This document shows positions 57,901 to 64,000 of a stretch of DNA of 64,000 nucleotides, one piece after another. A program made the position numbers and the translations under genes. Within the stretch, counting starts at the first letter, position 1. Each line of letters starts with the position of its first letter. The notes beneath the pieces are model-generated. The model made no database searches, was not told the DNA's origin, and saw only the letters and a list, made by a program, of their open reading frames with translations. Source of the DNA: Opitutia bacterium. Its GTDB lineage: Bacteria > Verrucomicrobiota > Verrucomicrobiia > Opitutales > T3Sed10-336. The stretch covers positions 1 through 64,000 of the forward strand of contig JBJHCF010000002.1 of assembly GCA_050506795.1 (NCBI GenBank). The letters run 5' to 3'.

Positions 57901-60900
57901 AGGCGCCCAGGGAAAGCATTGCCATATGATCGTCTGTATTGAGCTCACGCCTTATAGTGTCCATCGTTATTCCGAATTCCGAAAACTGTGTAACATATTT
58001 ACTGGCTCCACTCGTTTTCGCACTTAACGCAATACTCAGCAGCGAGGTTGACTGCGAGAACAGCTTTTCACCAAAGATATAAGAAAATGAATTCTCGTCG
58101 CTTTCTTTAATACCTTGAAAATCCACAGGCAATATTGCATGCATTCGGAAAACATCGTTGATTCGAAGAACACCCCCTATTATTTCATTCATTAAATCAG
58201 CCAACTGATTCTGCTCGATCGTACTAAGCGAAGCTGTACTCAATAAGAAATCATCGCGTTGTGACTCTAGCCGATTCCTTTTATGTTCTATCGTACTCCA
58301 TAAAGGAAGCACCCAGAATGTCCAAAAGTCTGATCCATTCTCGACATAGTTCTTGTAGGCTTCATCAACGTAATGTGTTACAAATCTTTTAAGCTCCCCT
58401 TTTGCCGTAGATTGCACAAAACCCGAAAACAGCTTTTTTGCTTCTTCTGTTGCTTTATGATCCAGCTGACCTGCAATCTCTTGCAACCTCTCATCAAACC
58501 AATCCACCTCCCCAAGCGCAATTCCGCCAAGAGCGAGCACTGGCTCCGTGATTTGTCGAAATCGCAATTCGTTCGCACCTCTAGAAAAATACGTGGCTGC
58601 AGCATCTAGTCGTTCGCTTAGGATTATAATTTCATCGTAAGCAGCATTACCATGTACCATAAGACGATCTAGCGCACTAATTAACGCGCGATCCACAACT
58701 TCGATTGACTTAATATACGTTGCGCTTGTCCCATTTGCTGCAAATATGGTCAGTTGTACGTCATACACACCTTGCGACTGAAACGTATGTGTCACTTCGA
58801 TTCCCTCGCTTATGGAGCCATCTCCAAAGTCCCATCTATATTCTTCAATATTTATGCGTCCACCGCTTGCAGAAGCACTCAGTTGGATAGATTCTCCACT
58901 AATAGCAAAACTCTTCACACTTGAACTGAAGAATGCCACTGGTTCATGCCGAATATTCACGGTAAAATCCGGAATCGTTTCATCCTCGCCACTATACGAA
59001 ACCCAATCACTGCTCATTCCCTGGCTATTCATGACCCGTGCCTGCCAATGGTACTCTCCTGAAGAAAGCTTCGACACTGTTGTTGATATCAGGCTACCTT
59101 CTCCGATTGGCCCGGTATGAGTTGGTGAATTTCTAAATGGCATATTGGCTGCTCTAACTTCTACCTGAAGCCTCATTGGCCCTGATTCCCCATGATCTGG
59201 TAGATCGACCTGAAATTGTATGGAATCTTCAGAGATTTCAGCACCACGTGACAAGGCGTACTGCCCATTTGAATCCCATTGGCTTAGCGTAACTGGTGGA
59301 TCCGGATGATCTAGAGAAGGCGTTTCGCCAGGATCAACTCCAATCACATCGTGACTAACGGTCAAGAAATCAACGGCAACCCATCCCTGAATTGAACTAT
59401 AATCCACCGGCAGCCATTGATAGCCGTCGAAGAAAACTGGATCGTTGCTCTGCAAAAGTACTTGTTCACCTTCGGGAAGTACCCTGATAATTTCGGCTAA
59501 CAAGTTCGGTTCCTCACGGAGGCGAAGCCCGATTCCATTGGTATTCGTGACCCATGCAGGTACTGGCTCAAACACCTCCACCTCTTCCTCCGTCGTGAAC
59601 GACCGTTGCTGGGAGAAGTTACTCTCGCGAATCAGATCGCCACCACTCTCCTCAAAAGCCTGTACCTGCCAGTAATAGGTCGTGTCTGAATCCAACGTCT
59701 CCCAAGATCCTTGTCTGTCAAATTCATTCCCTACCGTGTAACTTGTCTGGGAAGTCGCACCACTGATGATGGCGTGCGGCGCAGAATCTGCGGACGGATC
59801 ACTTGGCAGTTTGTCAGGCGCATCTGCGACGATGAGCCAGTATCCATTGGCACCACTTACTGGGTTCCACTCAAAGGTTGGTGATTGTGAAATCCCGCTG
59901 GCTCCGTTTAAGGGTGCTGATAGTAAAGGCGCTGGGAACTCTTCGAGTGGAATATGAGCAGTCACCGTATTCGAATAACTGGAGTCTCCAAAAGAATTAT
60001 AGGCGTAAACCCGGTACTGGTACGTTGTGCCAGGAACGATGTCATAGTCGATATACGCGCCAACGCCAGCGGTGGTTTCTGCAATTTCAGCCCACAAACC
60101 TGACGTGCCGATTCGTCGCTCGATCACGAAACCATTCTCGTTGTCCGAATTGTCATTCCAGGCTAGCGAGGCCAGATCGGAGGTCACGGAGGCTGCGAGT
60201 TGAGAGGGAGCAGCAGGGACGGTCCCGGCCTGCTCAGTCCCGAACAGCCGTTGCTGGGAGAAGTTACTCTCGCGAATCAGTTCGCCACCACTCTCTTCAA
60301 AAGCCTGTACCTGCCAGTAATAGGTCGTATTTGAATCCAATGTCTCCCAAAACCCTTGTCTGTCAAATTCATCGCCGACCGTGTAAGTAGTCTGGGAAGT
60401 TGAACCGCTGATGATAGCGTGCGGTGCCGAATCTGTGGTCGGATCAGTAGGCAGTTTGTTGGGCGCGTCTGCGACGATAAGCCAGTATCCATTCGCACTG
60501 TCAATCGCAGACCATTTAAAAGTAGGGGATTGCGAAATGTTCTCAGCCTGATGCGCAGGTGCGAGGAGTGTCGGAGCCGAGAGTTCCGGATATGGAATCG
60601 TGGCAGATACTGTATTGGAATAATTTGAAGAACCGAAGCTGTTATTTGCAAAGACTCGATACTCGTAGCTTATGCCATGCGTAACATCAAAGTCAAGATA
60701 AGCGCCCTCACCCGCCTGAGTAGTTGCTAGGGTGGCCCACGATCCGGTGCCACTGACTCTTCGTTGGACTTCAAACCATTCCTCATCTTCTGAGTTCGCA
60801 GTCCATGCTAATGAAACAAAATCCGAATTTGCTAGTGCCGCCAAGTTGGAGGGGGCATTCGGAGGCGATCCCACTTGGGCGATCATACTAACATCGTCGA

Positions 60901-61474
60901 TGCGGAAAACAGTCCTCAACGATGAGTCAGTAGTGGCGAGAAATTCAAGTTCCACCGTCTGTCCAGCATAGGAGGTTAGATCAAATTCTGGGGTTCGGGT
61001 ATACACTCCCGAAGTGCTATTTACATTGGACAGAGTATGTATCAGCGAACCCCCGGAATCGGTTTGGAGCCATACAGATATTACATCATAGGCAGTTGAT
61101 CCGCTCTCTTCAGTCGTTATATTGTACCAAAAGCTGAAAGTAACCTCGACAGCGTCGTTGGGAATAGTCACCGATTGAGACATTTTCCCAAAGGCATTGT
61201 CCTTCCAGACCCCACTGCTATCGACACCTCCAGCTGCGTAACCTGGCGCGCTACGATAGTTCGGAAGGTTTGTACCCGCCCAAAAGTCGTTCTGTAATGT
61301 CCATCCGGCCGAGCCATTGCTGAAACTTCCATTCTCAACCAATTCAGTCTGTGAGGTTCCAGACAACACGTTTGGCTCGAGTCCCGGAATTTTCGCTGTG
61401 ATACTTATTGAAGCAAACGCGACGAGAGAAATCAGAATACGGTAGCTCATGACAGATGTGGGGGTTACTTTCAT
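51917..61474 (-). CDS. 3185-aa multidomain secreted protein (jelly-roll, FN3 repeats, SH3b, PKD, unknown helical region, LRR, beta-propeller, Ig, beta-helix, Calx-beta-like, C-terminal domain)
   Basis: Signal peptide (alternative start 61450); YEYRVFA/YYWQVQA (FN3); GLRLREEP (SH3b); YRWDFGDG (PKD); FADENL...LETLLLDSNQINDLTPL (LRR); VAVG..G repeats; GGG(I/V) beta-helix repeats; tail FTRP...YSLDVAESLGEW...FFRIRV. Confidence 0.85.
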   Translation of the reverse strand: MKVTPTSVMSYRILISLVAFASISITAKIPGLEPNVLSGTSQTELVENGSFSNGSAGWTLQNDFWAGTNLPNYRSAPGYAAGGVDSSGVWKDNAFGKMSQSVTIPNDAVEVTFSFWYNITTEESGSTAYDVISVWLQTDSGGSLIHTLSNVNSTSGVYTRTPEFDLTSYAGQTVELEFLATTDSSLRTVFRIDDVSMIAQVGSPPNAPSNLAALANSDFVSLAWTANSEDEEWFEVQRRVSGTGSWATLATTQAGEGAYLDFDVTHGISYEYRVFANNSFGSSNYSNTVSATIPYPELSAPTLLAPAHQAENISQSPTFKWSAIDSANGYWLIVADAPNKLPTDPTTDSAPHAIISGSTSQTTYTVGDEFDRQGFWETLDSNTTYYWQVQAFEESGGELIRESNFSQQRLFGTEQAGTVPAAPSQLAASVTSDLASLAWNDNSDNENGFVIERRIGTSGLWAEIAETTAGVGAYIDYDIVPGTTYQYRVYAYNSFGDSSYSNTVTAHIPLEEFPAPLLSAPLNGASGISQSPTFEWNPVSGANGYWLIVADAPDKLPSDPSADSAPHAIISGATSQTSYTVGNEFDRQGSWETLDSDTTYYWQVQAFEESGGDLIRESNFSQQRSFTTEEEVEVFEPVPAWVTNTNGIGLRLREEPNLLAEIIRVLPEGEQVLLQSNDPVFFDGYQWLPVDYSSIQGWVAVDFLTVSHDVIGVDPGETPSLDHPDPPVTLSQWDSNGQYALSRGAEISEDSIQFQVDLPDHGESGPMRLQVEVRAANMPFRNSPTHTGPIGEGSLISTTVSKLSSGEYHWQARVMNSQGMSSDWVSYSGEDETIPDFTVNIRHEPVAFFSSSVKSFAISGESIQLSASASGGRINIEEYRWDFGDGSISEGIEVTHTFQSQGVYDVQLTIFAANGTSATYIKSIEVVDRALISALDRLMVHGNAAYDEIIILSERLDAAATYFSRGANELRFRQITEPVLALGGIALGEVDWFDERLQEIAGQLDHKATEEAKKLFSGFVQSTAKGELKRFVTHYVDEAYKNYVENGSDFWTFWVLPLWSTIEHKRNRLESQRDDFLLSTASLSTIEQNQLADLMNEIIGGVLRINDVFRMHAILPVDFQGIKESDENSFSYIFGEKLFSQSTSLLSIALSAKTSGASKYVTQFSEFGITMDTIRRELNTDDHMAMLSLGALKHATSAVLGIAENIQRVFDSVEDPGAIVIPKGEMTVSPTIVLSPRIDIGFLKNVFVEKEGFLEILVTNTGETSAVFSVHGSYMHSYRTKGISIVGREYKMKTPISADPIQLEPGESHIKKLHFVDQGNGEIPLGPIDLQLIAEKDILTLADSTKTQFNTVYIDGASGEEIEYDEIVDAVRIPNPLQIRKRMLPNGREYEIQVNLKNPFGTTMSGRFVQKIPAGLIVKESGSGALNDDRLIFDLDLLEDEDQGVWFTLSRESPDGVVELPAGELSVFDLINEEWHRFESQDMVLVFEGLFEIMFADENLRAAVLGELGFWSGHMITAMDMESIRSLNAKNKGIQRLDGLEHAVNLETLLLDSNQINDLTPLGALIELVDLSLKNNRVFDLSGLEILASIGNLDELSLEGNYLDMSSDLLTKEIVEAFQAGGTNVSVEGQQMLVAPMANAISGDVFERSSVPHTIIVNYLDDIGLDVSTFIENSDAIYVTGPGGFEAFADYVSSDDPVDSSLRAVIYEVWGPGNTWSNQDNGIYSIKLRGGQIGNIAGKFIEDTKIGSFEVNVPPVATWLNWKWKNPLPQGNHLTDFAVGDDFILAVGFQGTVLRSEDGASWDFVDIGMQEAIRAAAAGDGRVMIGGAGYVLSSADGLTWTTVLDEDDRGHSFGIAYGDGIWVAVYDYYNYSENRQDIVVFRSSDGSTWERLELEAVDGRQHVLDVVYGGDGRFLVSLEGIGGMVENKIMISTDFGESWDEVTEAPDVPLYAISRNEGIFVGVGTEGTVAVSLDGFSWEIQYEEAGMFLSDVIFADGTWVVIYPGFAFSDSFARVLISDDTEEWQWFELEGHWEGIRSIAYFKDRFIASGYAGALLSGEVPSKMSGEAAATTDPLSDIAYNGEVYVAVGGGYRWPPSEFSDPNAPKENVIISSPDLEHWTVRETTSEERLYGVAYGNDTFVAVGHQGTVLTSDDGIEWTEQDSGTWKRINAITFGDGYFVAVGHEDYLAVSTNGVNWQRVEVPPQMHNEWWVSDFRDVTYGNGRFVAVASGQHFEQHFGLGQEGRIIYASNPFSWETSPLPNPPVEYEPHHFEGNLVGVIHGTNGFLVFGYNERVDEYMLPLVLHSKNGEKWSYVEVDRGFIPSAICSSPVGYIATGRQSSRGWPVAAYVSPDGINWDQVTSFPSSPPEWIWNMYHHENQLIAVGDHGAVVSVITHFPFITRQPRSISVFEGERIELIVEAIDPLGGDLDYQWFFNDDPIDHDERKSGAQTNVLVVEGMLADDAGNYSVEIANEEGMVSSLDATVKVGPLLRVSLDFDPESPGWGQDRFDSIQNAIDAASAEESSKILVEPGVYFETIDTSGKPVILTGTDPMDSDTVISTVLDAWRAGGENSGPAVRIADGEDNRTQVRGFTIRYATGGSGIEIQNSAPIIEYNRILGNSSGEGGGIYARRIQGSSQDKLLIQQNQISGNFAAGRGGGVHLYLIDSEALLSNNVIYANTAEDEGGGIFSQVEGPIAGLVIDGNRIERNAAPRGGGVSLMASGWRETVLNGNLIVANISGVEGGGVFISRGNLFRIEHCVIHGNQSPDYPVLVAYDGRGHSDGGVFLNNIVSQNRTSSNIPAHGYPEEQALMVINGLDVRFNNFWNNRLDVRGNERIPYGENGNTAFDPFFADADSGDFRLQSHVGRWDPGLGDWVVDEEHSPLIAAGAPRPDGTRPNMGAYGLSETASLPLDKPMVSISTTWPGYLSKVNGLPTRVVMARSGLLDDALSVTVDVSGDAEQGSDYSLSGEMSDFNSGEASKFVTLTPVASEAISSPRTIVYSLEGEESFLSGSQSEAVIPIYDHPYNDWVVENIDEQEWMDISVSGPLSVRDDSRLSNLHYAAFAMDGSVPSQRHLPEAMAFGTLRGEMDHPLEAGPLIRFTRPVHHDGLVYSLDVAESLGEWWEPVPSRVITIDPNPDGRTETVTITWNDDPQGIIPPWFKEADSLFFRIRVRLTGESVLFPSP
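59590..60862 (-). repeat. Intragenic tandem duplication with a 645-bp (215-aa) period
   Basis: ccgttgctgggagaagttactctcgcgaatcag occurs at 59603 and 60248. The FN3-pair protein sequences are near-identical (GYWLIVADAP, TTYYWQVQAFEESGG). Confidence 0.92.
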
Positions 61475-62283
61475 TCTGGGCAGTGTTCTTTCAGTTGATC
61501 GATGATTTGGGGTCGAGATATTCGGCTCGGGTAAAAGAAAAAAATGAAATCGGATTTCGAAAACTCAGATACCTTTCTCTCCAAGAGACTGTTCTTTGTC
61601 AAAGTAGATTGAAGAAAACAGGGCATCACATGAGTCCGCTTCCAGGGTTTCACCGATGAGCCTACTGGGCAATAGGCGCGGTTTTCCGGAGTTGAAGAGG
61701 TAGACGTCATTAGGATCAATTTAAATATCAATTCCCTGAGAGGCTGGCCGCTGCTCTTCTCCGCGACGCTCGCATTTGGATGAGTATCCGCCCCTCTCCC
61801 CAGAGTCGCCCGCAAACGAGCGCGCCAAGTGAACTACTTCTTGTTTCCGCCGGAGCCCGGCCGACCGAAGCTCCTGAACTTGTCGGCAACCCGGTTGTTC
61901 ACCCCGCTTTTCCGCATCCTACCCTGATAGCTGGTCTACATTTTCCTGGTGGCGTCGGCCAGCCGCCCAGCATGTGGACCAGTTTCTGATGGATGGATCA
62001 GCGCGCTCAGTGCGGGCCGCTCGTTCAGTGCCTGGGTCATGGCGCGGAGTTCCTGCTGGTAGATCGCCGGTGCTGCGAAACGCGGTCCGGGTGAGGACGA
62101 TTCGCCACGGCCCATCGGTTCAGACGGTACTTTTCTGCAATCAGATTCCCAGGATTTCCGTCTGGCCGCCTTCAAGGCGTTCGGGGGGTATCCTGCTTCC
62201 TGTTCTTTCGCCGGAGCTTCGTCGAATCCTAAAACGCTTGTACCTCGCGCCGCAAATTCGGGTCGGCTGAAGGTTGGCGTTAT

Positions 62284-62363
62284 GGATAACCTTGTTTCAC
62301 GCGGTAAGGTTATCCTGATGGTTATCCGGTAGGTTATCCCGGAGGTTAACCGGGAGGTTATTC
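62284..62363. repeat. Iteron-like array: five GGTTATCC-type units at exact 12-bp spacing plus one inverted unit
   Basis: GGTTATCC at 62308, 62320 and 62332; GGTTAACC at 62344; GGTTATTC at 62356; inverted GGATAACC at 62284. Confidence 0.8.
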
Positions 62364-62613
62364 GAATTGGGTTCCCATCGTGCATCATGTGCTCCTCATA
62401 CTCCCAACCGACCGGCAGGGACCCGGTGATTGAAGAGCCGCTGAGCCTGGGTCGCCATCCAATGCCGTTCCCCACTGACGAAAGCGCCCTCGCCAATCAG
62501 AAGCTCCCTCGGAAGCATCCACCTGCCGTTCGGGGCTGGCAAGGCCGGTCTCTGGGCAGCAATTTCGACAAGGAAGGATCACTATTCCCGTCCTGGTTCC
62601 GGGTTCCGCTTGT

Positions 62614-62648
62614 GCGTGCTTGACGCGTGGGGCACGCGTCAAGCACGC
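62614..62648. repeat. Perfect 16-bp inverted repeat with a 3-nt loop
   Basis: GCGTGCTTGACGCGTG-GGG-CACGCGTCAAGCACGC; no U tract on either side. Confidence 0.92.
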
Positions 62649-62971
62649 GTCGGCCGGGTGTGGTTCTGCACTTCGCTTCGACAATCCTGTCGATCCCGTC
62701 AACGAGGCTTCTGGCGGTGGCAGCGAAATAGACCTCTTCTTGCCCCCCAGTGAGTCCGGGGAAAAATTTTTTTGAATTCATTTCCGGGCCAGTCTCCGGG
62801 CTGCGGTCGCGGGGTCGCTGGGAAATACCCTCTTTTCACCAACAATCCTCACCACAAAAACACATCCCAAGAACCAACCCGCAAGCACTCCAATCCCCCC
62901 ACCAGGGGCAATATCTAAAGCGTTTTGCCATTAAGCCACTGATTTCGAGATGTTTGCCAAAAACATTTCGG

Positions 62972-64000
62972 TTATTCGCCAACTATTGGACGGAACCCCA
63001 TTTTTCGGTGGTAAAATTCATCCATGACCCGCCTTAATTCCTCCTTCTGGGAAACAGGGACGATGAATGAGTCGTGACAGGTAAGGCACGGAAATCCTTT
63101 TTGGGCGAAATGGGACAGGATCTCAATGGCAATTTCGGATTCGATCCGCATCAGAACCACGCCGTAATCTTTGCAGAATCTGTGCTTGATTCTGTGGTGA
63201 ATCTTCAGCGCAAGGACATAGATTTGTGCGAACGACAATCCAGTCTCCTTCCAAGCCGAATAGAGGTCTACTGCCTTACGAAGAGATTTCCCGGATTTTT
63301 CGGTTCCATCCCCATTCTTGAATCTCATCGCCTTATTGCAGGCGTTGATCGCGCGCGTTCTACTCCGGACATTGATCGCAGCGTTGATCAACTTTTTCGC
63401 CAATGCTCTCTTTTCTGGTGTGGTCCTGGTGTCCCAAAGAGCATAAGGGTCGTCGCTAAAGGGAATTTTCTCCAGGTGATATAGCATCCGAGGGTGCATC
63501 CCACTGTAATCCAACTCGGCGGATTTCTCTCCGTCGAACTTGATGGTTTTCCGCTGGTGTTTGGACAGATTTTGATGTCCGTATTTCGTCGTATGAAGCC
63601 GACCATTCCACTCCCAATGCTGGGTGAATATTGCGCGGTGAATCGGACGTAGCTGTCGCTGGCTTTTCGAATGCCAAGGCCTATAGACTATCGTCGATGT
63701 GGAATTGACCTCGTTGATCAGAGTGAGTTTCAATTGTGCTTCTGTTGCTATCGGTTTGCTCCAATCAACCGGAAGATTCGTCTTTGCCTGGCGGTCACGC
63801 AACGAAACGTATACTTTCTCCACCTCTGGATCGAATTCCCATGGATCAATCGAACCAAAAAGCTCAACAATTGGAGAAAGCGGTAGCAAGCGACTCATCT
63901 TCCGACTCCCTCTTGGACTCCGGTGCTCGCGAAAGAGCCCTTCGTTGACGGCACTATCCACAACTTGTATGTAGATTCGCTTCGTGGTACCGGTATTCCG
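62972..64000 (-). CDS. Divergent family-A/T7-fold nucleic acid polymerase domain protein, 5'-truncated by the window edge
   Basis: NGRLH...QNL (motif 2), ELDYSGMHPRMLYHL (motif A), RALAK (motif B), CHDSFIV (motif C). The frame stays open from 63961 to 64000 (RNTGTTKRIYIQV). Confidence 0.72.
   Translation of the reverse strand, partial: RNTGTTKRIYIQVVDSAVNEGLFREHRSPRGSRKMSRLLPLSPIVELFGSIDPWEFDPEVEKVYVSLRDRQAKTNLPVDWSKPIATEAQLKLTLINEVNSTSTIVYRPWHSKSQRQLRPIHRAIFTQHWEWNGRLHTTKYGHQNLSKHQRKTIKFDGEKSAELDYSGMHPRMLYHLEKIPFSDDPYALWDTRTTPEKRALAKKLINAAINVRSRTRAINACNKAMRFKNGDGTEKSGKSLRKAVDLYSAWKETGLSFAQIYVLALKIHHRIKHRFCKDYGVVLMRIESEIAIEILSHFAQKGFPCLTCHDSFIVPVSQKEELRRVMDEFYHRKMGFRPIVGE

Larger units (their letters stand above)
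28505..64000. mobile_element. Genomic island integrated at tRNA-Leu; right end not seen in the window
   Basis: An integrase starts about 110 bp after the tRNA. Content switches from core genes to defence genes, mobile remnants and AT-rich patches. I found no duplicated tRNA 3' end by eye. Confidence 0.8.

Noticed and set aside
1..64000. CRISPR array, retron or other reverse-transcriptase system, rRNA
   Set aside because: I saw no repeat-spacer array, no cas genes, no RT motifs in a plausible ORF and no rRNA-like sequence.

Overview
The window looks verrucomicrobial (Opitutae/Puniceicoccales-like). This is inferred from the Amuc_1098-1101-type pilus cluster and the typical C-terminal domains on the secreted proteins. 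Positions 1-28.5 kb are core chromosome: a TolC/MFP/ABC exporter, a 2009-aa surface protein, a 5'-3' exonuclease, a T4P/T2SS-like cluster, NUDIX, pdhABC, mscS, a DUF481 barrel, rsfS-nadD-sigma70 and tRNA-Leu(TAA). From the tRNA 3' end to the window edge lies an integrated genomic island whose right boundary I did not find. It opens with two paralogous tyrosine recombinases in tandem and an RHH/nucleotidyltransferase TA-like pair. A dense defence block follows: type I R-M with YhcG, an ABC-ATPase-TOPRIM fusion, a GmrSD-Schlafen(AlbA_2) fusion, NERD, a DUF2971-like gene, a small ORF plus Rad50/RloC-like ATPase, and a TIR fusion. Among these lie attC-like, IS21-end and integrase remnants. Next comes a 3185-aa mosaic surface protein. 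At the far end sits a divergent PolA/T7-fold polymerase gene next to a perfect 16-bp hairpin and a 12-bp-period iteron-like array. The best novelty candidates are this polymerase/hairpin/iteron module, the GmrSD-Schlafen fusion, the small-ORF+SMC pair and the nested repeat stalk in the 2009-aa protein. All calls come from motif recognition by eye; no searches were run.
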